A stretch of 64,000 nt of DNA from assembly GCF_009914755.1 (NCBI RefSeq), contig NC_060943.1; one strand, written 5' to 3'. The notes beneath the pieces were generated by a model. It was not told the origin of the DNA and did no database searches. It saw only the letters and a program-made list of their open reading frames with translations. How positions within the stretch are numbered: the first letter of the stretch is position 1; the number at the start of each line of letters is the position of its first letter. This document shows, piece by piece, positions 12,901 through 25,200 of the stretch. This stretch comes from the human T2T-CHM13v2.0 reference genome, Homo sapiens. The position numbers were made by a program, and so were the translations under genes.

Positions 12901-15900
12901 TTCAGCCGCTTTGAGGTCAATGGTAGAAAAGGAAATATCTTCGTATAAAAACTAGACAGAATGATTCTCAGAAACTCCTTTGTGATGTGTGCGTTCAACT
13001 CACAGAGTTTAACCTTTCTTTTCATAGAGCAGTTAGGAAACACTCTGTTGGTAAAGTCTGCAAGTGGATATTCAGACCTCTTTGAGGCCTTCTTTGGAAA
13101 CGGGATTTCTTCATATTCTGCTAGACAGAAGAATTCTCAGAAACTTCCTGGTGTTGCGTGTTTTCAACTCACAGAGTTCAACGATCCTTTACTCAGAGCA
13201 GACTTGAAACACTCCATTTGTGGAATTTGCAAGTGGAGATTTCAGCCGCTTTGAGGTCAATGGTAGAATAGGAAATATCTTCCTATGGAAACTAGACAGA
13301 ATGATTCTCAGAAACTCCTTTGTGATGTGTGCGTTCAACTCACAGAGTTTAACCTTTCTTTTCATAGAGCAGTTAGGAAACACTCTGTTTGTAAAGTCTG
13401 CAAGTGGATATTCAGACATCTTTGAGGCTTTCGTTGGAAACGGGATTTCTTCATATTCTGCTAGATAGAAGAATTCTCAGAAACTTCCTTGTGTTGTGTG
13501 TTTTCAACTCACAGAGTTCAACGATCCATTACACAGAGTAGACTTGAAACACTCTTTTTGTGGAATTGGCAAGTGGAGATTTCAGCCGCTTTGAGGTCAA
13601 TGGTAGAAAAGGAAATATCTTCGTATAAAAACTAGACAGAGTGATTCTCAGAAACTCCTTTGTGATGTCTGCGTTCAACTCACAGAGTTTAACCTTTCTT
13701 TTCATAGAGCAGTTAGGAAACACTCTGTTTGTAAAGTCTGCAAGTGCATATTCAGACCTCCTTGAGGCCTTCGTTGGAAACGGGATTTCTTCATATTCTG
13801 CTATACAGAAGAATTCTCAGAAACTTCCTTGTGTTTTGTGTATTCAACTCACAGAGTTGAACGATCCTTTACACAGAGCAGACTTGAAACACTCTTTTTG
13901 TGGAATTTGCAAGTGGAGATTTCAGCCGCTTTGAGGTCAATGGTAGAAAAGGAAATATCTTCGTATAAAAACTAGACAGAATGATTCTCAGAAACTCCTT
14001 TGTGATGTGTGCGTTCAACTCACAGAGTTTAACCTTTCTTTTCATAGAGCAGTTAGGAAACACTCTGTTGGTAAAGTCTGCAAGTGGATATTCAGACCTC
14101 TTTGAGGCCTTCTTTGGAAACGGGATTTCTTCATATTCTGCTAGACAGAAGAATTCTCAGAAACTTCCTGGTGTTGTGTGTTTTCAACTCACAGAGTTCA
14201 ACGATCCTTTACACAGAGTAGACTTGAAAAACTCTTTTTGTTGAATTGGCCAGTGGAGATTTCAGCCGCTTTGAGGTCAATTGTAGAAAAGGAAATATCT
14301 TCGTATAAAAACTAGACAGAATGATTCTCAGAAACTCCTTTGTGATGTGTGCATTCAACTCGCAGAGTTTAACCTTTCTTTTCATAGAGCAGTTAGGAAA
14401 CACTCTGGTTGTAAAGTCTGCAAGTGGATATTCAGACCTCGTTGAGGCCTTCGTTGGAAACGGGATTTCTTCATATTATGCTAGACAGAAGAATTCTCAG
14501 TAACTTCCTTGTGTTGTGTGTATTCAACTCACAGTGTTGAACGATCCTTTACACAGAGCATACTTGAAACACTCTTGTTGTGGAATTTGCAAGTGGAGAT
14601 TTCAGCCGCTTTGAGGTCAATGGTAGAATAGGAAATATCTTCCTATAGAAACTAGACAGAATGATTCTCAGAAACTCCTTTGTGATGTGTGCGTTCAACT
14701 CACAGAGTTTAACCTTTCTTTTCATAGAGCAGTTAGGAAACACTCTGTTTGTAAAGTCTGCAAGTGGATATTCAGACATCTTTGAGGTTTTCGTAGGAAA
14801 CGGGATTTCTTCATATTCTGCTAGACAGAAGAATTCTCAGAAACTTCCTTGTGTTGTGTTTATTCAACTCACAGAGTCGAACGATCCTTTACTCAGAGCA
14901 GACTTGAAACACTCCATTTGTGGAATTTGCAAGTGGAGATTTCAGCCGCTTTGAGGTCAATGGTAGAATAGGAAATATCTTCCTATGGAAACTAGACAGA
15001 ATGATTCTCAGAAACTCCTTTGTGCTGTGTGCGTTCAGCTCACAGAGTTTAACCTTTCTTTTCATAGAGCAGTTAGGAAACACTCTGTTTGTAAAGTCTG
15101 CAAGTGGATATTCAGACATCTTTGAGGCTTTCGTTGGAAACGGGATTTCTTCATATTCTGCTAGACAGAAGAATTCTCAGAAACTTCCTTGTGTTGTGTG
15201 TTTTCAACTCACAGAGTTCAACGATCCATTACACAGAGTAGACTTGAAACACTCTTTTTGTGGAATTGGCAAGTGGAGATTTCAGCCGCTTTGAGGTCAA
15301 TGGTAGAAAAGGAAATATCTTCGTATAAAAACTAGACAGAGTGATTCTCAGAAACTCCTTTGTGATGTCTGCGTTCAACTCACAGAGTTTAACCTTTCTT
15401 TTCATAGAGCAGTTAGGAAACACTCTGTTTGTAAAGTCTGCAAGTGCATATTCAGACCTCCTTGAGGCCTTCGTTGGAAACGGGATTTCTTCATATTCTG
15501 CTATACAGAAGAATTCTCAGAAACTTCCTTGTGTTTTGTGTATTCAACTCACAGAGTTGAACGATCCTTTACACAGAGCAGACTTGAAACACTCTTTTTG
15601 TGGAATTTGCAAGTGGAGATTTCAGCCGCTTTGAGGTCAATGGTAGAAAAGGAAATATCTTCGTATAAAAACTAGACAGAATGATTCTCAGAAACTCCTT
15701 TGTGATGTGTGCGTTCAACTCACAGAGTTTAACCTTTCTTTTCATAGAGCAGTTAGGAAACACTCTGTTGGTAAAGTCTGCAAGTGGATATTCAGACCTC
15801 TTTGAGGCCTTCTTTGGAAACGGGATTTCTTCATATTCTGCTAGACAGAAGAATTCTCAGAAACTTCCTGGTGTTGCGTGTTTTCAACTCACAGAGTTCA

Positions 15901-17380
15901 ACGATCCTTTACACAGAGTAGACTTGAAAAACTCTTTTTGTTGAATTGGCCAGTGGAGATTTCAGCCGCTTTGAGGTCAATGGTAGAAAAGGAAATATCT
16001 TCGTATAAAAACTAGACAGAATGATTCTCAGAAACTCCTTTGTGATGTGTGCGTTCAACTCGCAGAGTTTAACCTTTCTTTTCATAGGGCAGTTAGGAAA
16101 CACTCTGGTTGTAAAGTCTGCAAGTGGATATTCAGACCTCGTTGAGGCCTTCGTTGGAAACGGGATTTCTTCATATTATGCTAGACAGAAGAATTCTCAG
16201 TAACTACCTTGTGTTGTGTGTATTCAACTCACAGTGTTGAACGATCCTTTACACAGAGCATACTTGAAACACTCTTGTTGTGGAATTTGCAAGTGGAGAT
16301 TTCAGCCGCTTTGAGGTCAATGGTAGAATAGGAAATATCTTCATATAGAAACTAGACAGAATGATTCTCAGAAACTCCTTTGTGATGTGTGCGTTCAACT
16401 CACAGAGTTTAACCTTTCTTTTCATAGAGCAGTTAGGAAACACTCTGTTTGTAAAGTCTGCAAGTGGATATTCAGACATCTTTGAGGTTTTCGTAGGAAA
16501 CGGGATTTCTTCATATTCTGCTAGACAGAAGAATTCTCAGAAACTTCCTTGTGTTGTGTTTATTCAACTCACAGAGTCGAACGATCCTTTACTCAGAGCA
16601 GACTTGAAACACTCCATTTGTGGAATTTGCAAGTGGAGATTTCAGCCGCTTTGAGGTCAATGGTAGAATAGGAAATATCTTCCTATGGAAACTAGACAGA
16701 ATGATTCTCAGAAACTCCTTTGTGCTGTGTGCTTTCAGCTCACAGAGTTTAACCTTTCTTTTCATAGAGCAGTTAGGAAAAACTCTGTTTGTAAAGTCTG
16801 CAAGTGGATATTCAGACATCTTTGAGGCTTTCGTTGGAAACGGGATTTCTTCATATTCTGCTAGACAGAAGAATTCTCAGAAACTTCCTTGTGTTGTGTG
16901 TTTTCAACTCACAGAGTTCAACGATCCATTACACAGAGTAGACTTGAAACACTCTTTTTGTGGAATTGGCAAGTGGAGATTTCAGCCGCTTTGAGGTCAA
17001 TGGTAGAAAAGGAAATATCTTCGTATAAAAACTAGACAGAGTGATTCTCAGAAACTCCTTTGTGATGTCTGCGTTCAACTCACAGAGTTTAACCTTTCTT
17101 TTCATAGAGCAGTTAGGAAACACTCTGTTTGTAAAGTCTGCAAGTGCATATTCAGACCTCCTTGAGGCCTTCGTTGGAAACGGGATTTCTTCATATTCTG
17201 CTATACAGAAGAATTCTCAGAAACTTCCTTGTGTTTTGTGTATTCAACTCACAGAGTTGAACGATCCTTTACACAGAGCAGACTTGAAACACTCTTTTTG
17301 TGGAATTTGCAAGTGGAGATTTCAGCTGCTTTGAGGTCAATGGTAGAAAAGGAAATATCATCGTATAAAAACTAGACAGA
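9901..17380 (+). repeat. Canonical 10-mer HOR copies with one 6-mer deletion variant at 12961-13980
   Basis: Order is B-C-D-E (9901), A-E (11261), A/C-D-E (12961), A-E (13981), A-E (15681), read from the same diagnostic variants. Confidence 0.88.
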
Positions 17381-20300
17381 ATGATTCTCAGAAACTCCTT
17401 TGTGATGTGTGCGTTCAACTCACAGAGTTTAACCTTTCTTTTCATAGAGCAGTTAGGAAACACTCTGTTGGTAAAGTCTGCAAGTGGATATTCAGACCTC
17501 TTTGAGGCCTTCTTTGGAAACGGGATTTCTTCATATTCTGCTAGACAGAAGAATTCTCAGAAACTTCCTGGTGTTGCGTGTTTTCAACTCACAGAGTTCA
17601 ACGATCCTTTACACAGAGTAGACTTGAAAAACTCTTTTTGTTGAATTGGCCAGTGGAGATTTCAGCCGCTTTGAGGTCAATGGTAGAAAAGGAAATATCT
17701 TCGCATAAAAACTAGACAGAATGATTCTCAGAAACTCCTTTGTGATGTGTGCGTTCAACTCGCAGAGTTTAACCTTTCTTTTCATAGAGCAGTTAGGAAA
17801 CACTCTGGTTGTAAAGTCTGCAAGTGGATATTCAGACCTCGTTGAGGCCTTCGTTGGAAACGGGATTTCTTCATATTATGCTAGACAGAAGAATTCTCAG
17901 TAACTTCCTTGTGTTGTGTGTATTCAACTCACAGAGTTGAACGATCCTTTACACAGAGCATACTTGAAACACTCTTCTTGTGGAATTTGCAAGAGGAGAT
18001 TTCAGCCGCTTTGAGGTCAATGGTAGAATAGGAAATATCTTCCTATAGAAACTAGACAGAATGATTCTCAGAAACTCCTTTGTGATGTGTGCGTTCAACT
18101 CACAGAGTTTAACCTTTCTTTTCATAGAGCAGTTAGGAAACACACTGTTTGTAATGTCTGCAAGTGGATATTCAGACCTCTTTGAGGCCTTTGTTGGAAA
18201 CGGGATTTCTTCATATTCTGCTAGACAGAAGAATTCTCAGAAACTTCCTGGTGTTGTGTGTTTTCAACTCACAGAGTTCAACGATCCTTTACACAGAGTA
18301 GACTTGAAACACTCTTTTTGTTGAATTGGCAAGTGGAGATTTCAGCTGCTTTGAGGTCAATGGTAGAAAAGGAAATATCTTCGTATAAAAACTAGACAGA
18401 GTGATTCTCAGAAACTCCTTTGTGATGTCTGCGTTCAACTCACAGAGTTTAACCTTTCTTTTCATAGAGCAGTTAGGAAACACTCTGTTTGTAAAGTCTG
18501 CAAGTGCATATTCAGACCTCCTTGAGGCCTTCGTTGGAAACGGGATTTCTTCATATTCTGCTATACAGAAGAATTCTCAGAAAATTCCTTGTGTTTTGTG
18601 TATTCAACTCACAGAGTTGAACGATCCTTTACACAGAGCAGACTTGAAACACTCTTTTTGTGGAATTTGCAAGTGGAGATTTCAGCCGCTTTGAGGTCAA
18701 TGGTAGAAAAGGAAATATCTTCGTATAAAAACTAGACAGAATGATTCTCAGAAACTCCTTTGTGATGTGTGCGTTCAACTCACAGAGTTTAACCTTTCTT
18801 TTCATAGAGCAGTTAGGAAACACTCTGTTGGTAAAGTCTGCAAGTGGATATTCAGACCTCTTTGAGGCCTTCTTTGGAAACGGGATTTCTTCATATTCTG
18901 CTAGACAGAAGAATTCTCAGAAACTTCCTGGTGTTGCGTGTTTTCAACTCACAGAGTTCAACGATCCTTTACACAGAGCAGACTTGAAAAACTCTTTTTG
19001 TTGAATTGGCCAGTGAAGATTTCAGCCGCTTTGAGGTCAATGGTAGAAAAGGAAATATCTTCGTATAAAAACTAGACAGAATGATTCTCAGAAACTCCTT
19101 TGTGAAGTGTGCGTTCAACTCGCAGAGTTTAACCTTTCTTTTCATAGAGCAGTTAGGAAACACTCTGTTGGTAAAGTCTGCAAGTGGATATTCAGACCTC
19201 GTTGAGGCCTTCGTTGGAAACGGGATTTCTTCATATTATGCTAGACAGAAGAATTCTCAGAAACTTCCTTCTGTTGTGTGTTTTCAACTCACAGAGTTAA
19301 ACGATCCATTACACAGAGTAGACTTGAAACACTCTTTTTGTGGAATTGGCAAGTGGAGATTTCAGCCGCTTTGAGGTCAATGGTAGAATAGGAAATATCT
19401 TCCTATGGAAACTAGACAGAATGATTGTCAGAAACTCCTTTGTGCTGTGTGCGTTCAGCTCACAGAGTTTAACCTTTCTTTTCATAGAGCAGTTAGGAAA
19501 CACTCTGTTTGTAAAGTCTGCAAGTGGATATTCAGACATCTTTGAGGCTTTCGTTGGAAACGGGATTTCTTCATATTCTGCTAGACAGAAGAATTCTCAG
19601 AAACTTCCTTGTGTTGTGTGTTTTCAACTCACAGAGTTAAACGATCCATTACACAGAGTAGACTTGAAACACTCTTTTTGTGGAATTGGCAAGTGGAGAT
19701 TTCAGCCGCTTTGAGGTCAATGGTAGAAAAGGAAATATCTTCGTATAAAAACTAGACAGAGTGATTCTCAGAAACTCCTTTGTGATGTCTGCGTTCAACT
19801 CACAGAGTTTAACCTTTCTTTTCATAGAGCAGTTAGGAAACACTCTGTTTGTAAAGTCTGCAAGTGCATATTCAGACCTCCTTGAGGCCTTCGTTGGAAA
19901 CGGGATTTCTTCATATTCTGCTAGACAGAAGAATTCTCAGAAACTTCCTTGTGTTTTGTGTATTCAACTCACAGAGTTGAACGATCCTTTACACAGAGCA
20001 GACTTGAAACACTCTTTTTGTGGAATTTGCAAGTGGAGATTTCAGCCGCTTTGAGGTCAATGGTAGAAAAGGAAATATCTTCGTATAAAAACTAGACAGA
20101 ATGATTCTCAGAAACTCCTTTGTGATGTGTGCGTTCAACTCACAGAGTTTAACCTTTCTTTTCATAGAGCAGTTAGGAAACACTCTGTTGGTAAAGTCTG
20201 CAAGTGGATATTCAGACCTCTTTGAGGCCTTCTTTGGAAACGGGATTTCTTCATATTCTGCTAGACAGAAGAATTCTCAGAAACTTCCTGGTGTTGCGTG

Positions 20301-22820
20301 TTTTCAACTCACAGAGTTCAACGATCCTTTACACAGAGTAGACTTGAAAAACTCTTTTTGTTGAATTGGCCAGTGGAGATTTCAGCCGCTTTGAGGTCAA
20401 TGGTAGAAAAGGAAATATCTTCGTATAAAAACTAGACAGAATGATTCTCAGAAACTCCTTTGTGATGTGTGCGTTCAACTCGCAGAGTTTAACCTTTCTT
20501 TTCATAGAGCAGTTAGGAAACACTCTGGTTGTAAAGTCTGCAAGTGGATATTCAGACCTCGTTGAGGCCTTCGTTGGAAACGGGATTTCTTCATATTATG
20601 CTAGACAGAAGAATTCTCAGTAACTACCTTGTGTTGTGTGTATTCAACTCACAGTGTTGAACGATCCTTTACACAGAGCATACTTGAAACACTCTTCTTG
20701 TGGAATTTGCAAGAGGAGATTTCAGCCGCTTTGAGGTCAATGGTAGAATAGGAAATATCTTCCTATAGAAACTAGACAGAATGATTCTCAGAAACTCCTT
20801 TGTGATGTGTGCGTTCAACTCACAGAGTTTAACCTTTCTTTTCATAGAGCAGTTAGGAAACACTCTGTTTGTAATGTCTGCAAGTGGATATTCAGACCTC
20901 TTTGAGGCCTTTGTTGGAAACGGGATTTCTTCATATTCTGCTAGACAGAAGAATTCTCAGAAACTTCCTGGTGTTGTGTGTTTTCAACTCACAGAGTTCA
21001 ACGATCCTTTACACAGAGTAGACTTGAAACACTCTTTTTGTTGAATTGGCAAGTGGAGATTTCAGCTGCTTTGAGGTCAATGGTAGAAAAGGAAATATCT
21101 TCGTATAAAAACTAGACAGAGTGATTCTCAGAAACTCCTTTGTGATGTCTGCGTTCAACTCACAGAGTTTAACCTTTCTTTTCATAGAGCAGTTAGGAAA
21201 CACTCTGTTTGTAAAGTCTGCAAGTGCATATTCAGACCTCCTTGAGGCCTTCGTTGGAAACGGGATTTCTTCATATTCTGCTATACAGAAGAATTCTCAG
21301 AAAATTCCTTGTGTTTTGTGTATTCAACTCACAGAGTTGAACGATCCTTTACACAGAGCAGACTTGAAACACTCTTTTTGTGGAATTTGCAAGTGGAGAT
21401 TTCAGCCGCTTTGAGGTCAATGGTAGAAAAGGAAATATCTTCGTATAAAAACTAGACAGAATGATTCTCAGAAACTCCTTTGTGATGTGTGTGTTCAACT
21501 CACAGAGTTTAACCTTTCTTTTCATAGAGCAGTTAGGAAACACTCTGTTGGTAAAGTCTGCAAGGGGATATTCAGAACTCTTTGAGGCCTTCTTTGGAAA
21601 CGGGATTTCTTCATATTCTGCTAGACAGAAGAATTCTCAGAAACTTCCTGGTGTTGCGTGTTTTCAACTCACAGAGTTCAACGATCCTTTACACAGAGTA
21701 GACTTGAAAAACTCTTTTTGTTGAATTGGCCAGTGAAGATTTCAGCCGCTTTGAGGTCAATGGTAGAAAAGGAAATATCTTCGTATAAAAACTAGACAGA
21801 ATGATTCTCAGAAACTCCTTTGTGATGTGTGCGTTCAACTCGCAGAGTTTAACCTTTCTTTTCATAGAGCAGTTAGGAAACACTCTGTTGGTAAAGTCTG
21901 CAAGTGGATATTCAGACCTCGTTGAGGCCTTCGTTGGAAACGGGATTTCTTCATATTATGCTAGACAGAAGAATTCTCAGAAACTTCCTTGTGTTGTGTG
22001 TTTTCAACTCACAGAGTTAAACGATCCATTACACAGAGTAGACTTGAAACACTCTTTTTGTGGAATTGGCAAGTGGAGATTTCAGCCGCTTTGAGGTCAA
22101 TGGTAGAATAGGAAATATCTTCCTATGGAAACTAGACAGAATGATTGTCAGAAACTCCTTTGTGCTGTGTGCATTCAGCTCACAGAGTTTAACCTTTCTT
22201 TTCATAGAGCAGTTAGGAAACACTCTGTTTGTAAAGTCTGCAAGTGGATATTCAGACATCTTTGAGGCTTTCGTTGGAAACGGGATTTCTTCATATTCTG
22301 CTAGACAGAAGAATTCTCAGAAACTTCCTTGTGTTGTGTGTTTTCAACTCACAGAGTTAAACGATCCATTACACAGAGTAGACTTGAAACACTCTTTTTG
22401 TGGAATTGGCAAGTGGAGATTTCAGCCGCTTTGAGGTCAATGGTAGAAAAGGAAATATCTTCGTATAAAAACTAGACAGAGTGATTCTCAGAAACTCCTT
22501 TGTGATGTCTGCGTTCAACTCACAGAGTTTAACCTTTCTTTTCATAGAGCAGTTAGGAAACACTCTGTTTGTAAAGTCTGCAAGTGCATATTCAGACCTC
22601 CTTGAGGCCTTCGTTGGAAACGGGATTTCTTCATATTCTGCTATACAGAAGAATTCTCAGAAACTTCCTTGTGTTTTGTGTATTCAACTCACAGAGTTGA
22701 ACGATCCTTTACACAGAGCAGACTTGAAACACTCTTTTTGTGGAATTTGCAAGTGGAGATTTCAGCCGCTTTGAGGTCAATGGTAGAAAAGGAAATATCT
22801 TCGTATAAAAACTAGACAGA
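17381..22820 (+). repeat. Two tandem copies of a 2720-bp 16-mer unit (A-B'-F-E + A-G-D'-E)
   Basis: Private variants recur at 2720 bp: AAGAGGAGAT (17991/20711), AAAATTCC (18581/21301), CAGTGAAGAT (19011/21731), GAGTTAA (19294/22014), ATGATTGTCA (19421/22141). Confidence 0.88.
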
Positions 22821-23160
22821 ATGATTCTCAGAAACTCCTTTGTGATGTGTGCGTTCAACTCACAGAGTTTAACCTTTCTTTTCATAGAGCAGTTAGGAAA
22901 CACTCTGTTGGTAAAGTCTGCAAGTGGATATTCAGACCTCTTTGAGGCCTTCTTTGGAAACGGGATTTCTTCATATTCTGCTAGACAGAAGAATTCTCAG
23001 AAACTTCCTGGTGTTGCGTGTTTTCAACTCACAGAGTTCAACGATCCTTTACACAGAGTAGACTTGAAAAACTCTTTTTGTTGAATTGGCCAGTGGAGAT
23101 TTCAGCCGCTTTGAGGTCAATGGTAGAAAAGGAAATATCTTCGTATAAAAACTAGACAGA

Positions 23161-25200
23161 ATGATTCTCAGAAACTCCTTTGTGATGTGTGCGTTCAACT
23201 CGCAGAGTTTAACCTTTCTTTTCATAGAGCGGTTAGGAAACACTCTGGTTGTAAAGTCTGCAAGTGGATATTCAGACCTCGTTGAGGCCTTCGTTGGAAA
23301 CGGGATTTCTTCATATTATGCTAGACAGAAGAATTCTCAGTAACTTCCTTGTGTTGTGTGTATTCAACTCACAGAGTTGAACGATCCTTTACACAGAGCA
23401 TACTTGAAACACTCTTCTTGTGGAATTTGCAAGTGGAGATTTCAGCCGCTTTGAGGTCAATGGTAGAATAGGAAATATCTTCCTATAGAAACTAGACAGA
23501 ATGATTCTCAGAAACTCCTTTGTGATGTGTGCGTTCAACTCACAGAGTTTAACCTTTCTTTTCATAGAGCAGTTAGGAAACACTCTGTTTGTAATGTCTG
23601 CAAGTGGATATTCAGACCTCTTTGAGGCCTTTGTTGGAAACGGGATTTCTTCATATTGTGCTAGACAGAAGAATTCTCAGAAACTTCCTGGTGTTGTGTG
23701 TTTTCAACTCACAGAGTTCAACGATCCTTTACACAGAGTAGACTTGAAACACTCTTTTTGTTGAATTGGCAAGTGGAGATTTCAGCTGCTTTGAGGTCAA
23801 TGGTAGAAAAGGAAATATCTTCGTATAAAAACTAGACAGAGTGATTCTCAGAAACTCCTTTGTGATGTCTGCGTTCAACTCACAGAGTTTAACCTTTCTT
23901 TTCATAGAGCAGTTAGGAAACACTCTGTTTGTAAAGTCTGCAAGTGCATATTCAGACCTCCTTGAGACCTTCGTTGGAAACGGGATTTCTTCATATTCTG
24001 CTATACAGAAGAATTCTCAGAAACTTCCTTGTGTTGCGTGTTTTCAACTCACAGAGTTCAACGATCCGTTACACAGAGTAGACTTGAAAAACTCTTTTTG
24101 TTGAATTGGCCAGTGGAGATTTCAGCCGCTTTGAGGTCAATGGTAGAAAAGGAAATATCTTCGTATAAAAACTAGACAGAATGATTCTCAGAAACTCCTT
24201 TGTGATGTGTGCGTTCAACTCGCAGAGTTTAACCTTTCTTTTCATAGAGCAGTTAGGAAACACTCTGGTTGTAAAGTCTGCAAGTGGATATTCAGACCTC
24301 GTTGAGGCCTTCGTTGGAAACGGGATTTCTTCATATTATGCTAGACAGAAGAATTCTCAGTAACTTCCTTGTGTTGTGTGTATTCAACTCACAGAGTTGA
24401 ACGATCCTTTACACAGAGCATACTTGAAACACTCTTCTTGTGGAATTTGCAAGTGGAGATTTCAGCCGCTTTGAGGTCAATGGTAGAATAGGAAATATCT
24501 TCCTATAGAAACTAGACAGAATGATTCTCAGAAACTCCTTTGTGATGTGTGCGTTCAACTCACAGAGTTTAACCTTTCTTTTCATAGAGCAGTTAGGAAA
24601 CACTCTGTTTGTAATGTCTGCAAGTGGATATTCAGACCTCTTTGAGGCCTTTGTTGGAAACGGGATTTCTTCATATTGTGCTAGACAGAAGAATTCTCAG
24701 AAACTTCCTGGTGTTGTGTGTTTTCAACTCACAGAGTTCAACGATCCTTTACACAGAGTAGACTTGAAACACTCTTTTTGTTGAATTGGCAAGTGGAGAT
24801 TTCAGCTGCTTTGAGGTCAATGGTAGAAAAGGAAATATCTTCGTATAAAAACTAGACAGAGTGATTCTCAGAAACTCCTTTGTGATGTCTGCGTTCAACT
24901 CACAGAGTTTAACCTTTCTTTTCATAGAGCAGTTAGGAAACACTCTGTTTGTAAAGTCTGCAAGTGCATATTCAGACCTCCTTGAGACCTTCGTTGGAAA
25001 CGGGATTTCTTCATATTCTGCTATACAGAAGAATTCTCAGAAACTTCCTTGTGTTTTGTGTATTCAACTCACAGAGTTGAACGATCCTTTACACAGAGCA
25101 GACTTGAAACACTCTTTTTGTGGAATTTGCAAGTGGAGATTTCAGCCGCTTTGAGGTCAATGGTAGAAAAGGAAATATCTTCGTATAAAAACTAGACAGA
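23161..25200 (+). repeat. Tandem 1020-bp (6-mer) duplication B'-F-E
   Basis: TCATATTGTG at 23651/24671 and CTTGAGACCT at 23961/24981, both offset by 1020 bp. Confidence 0.85.
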
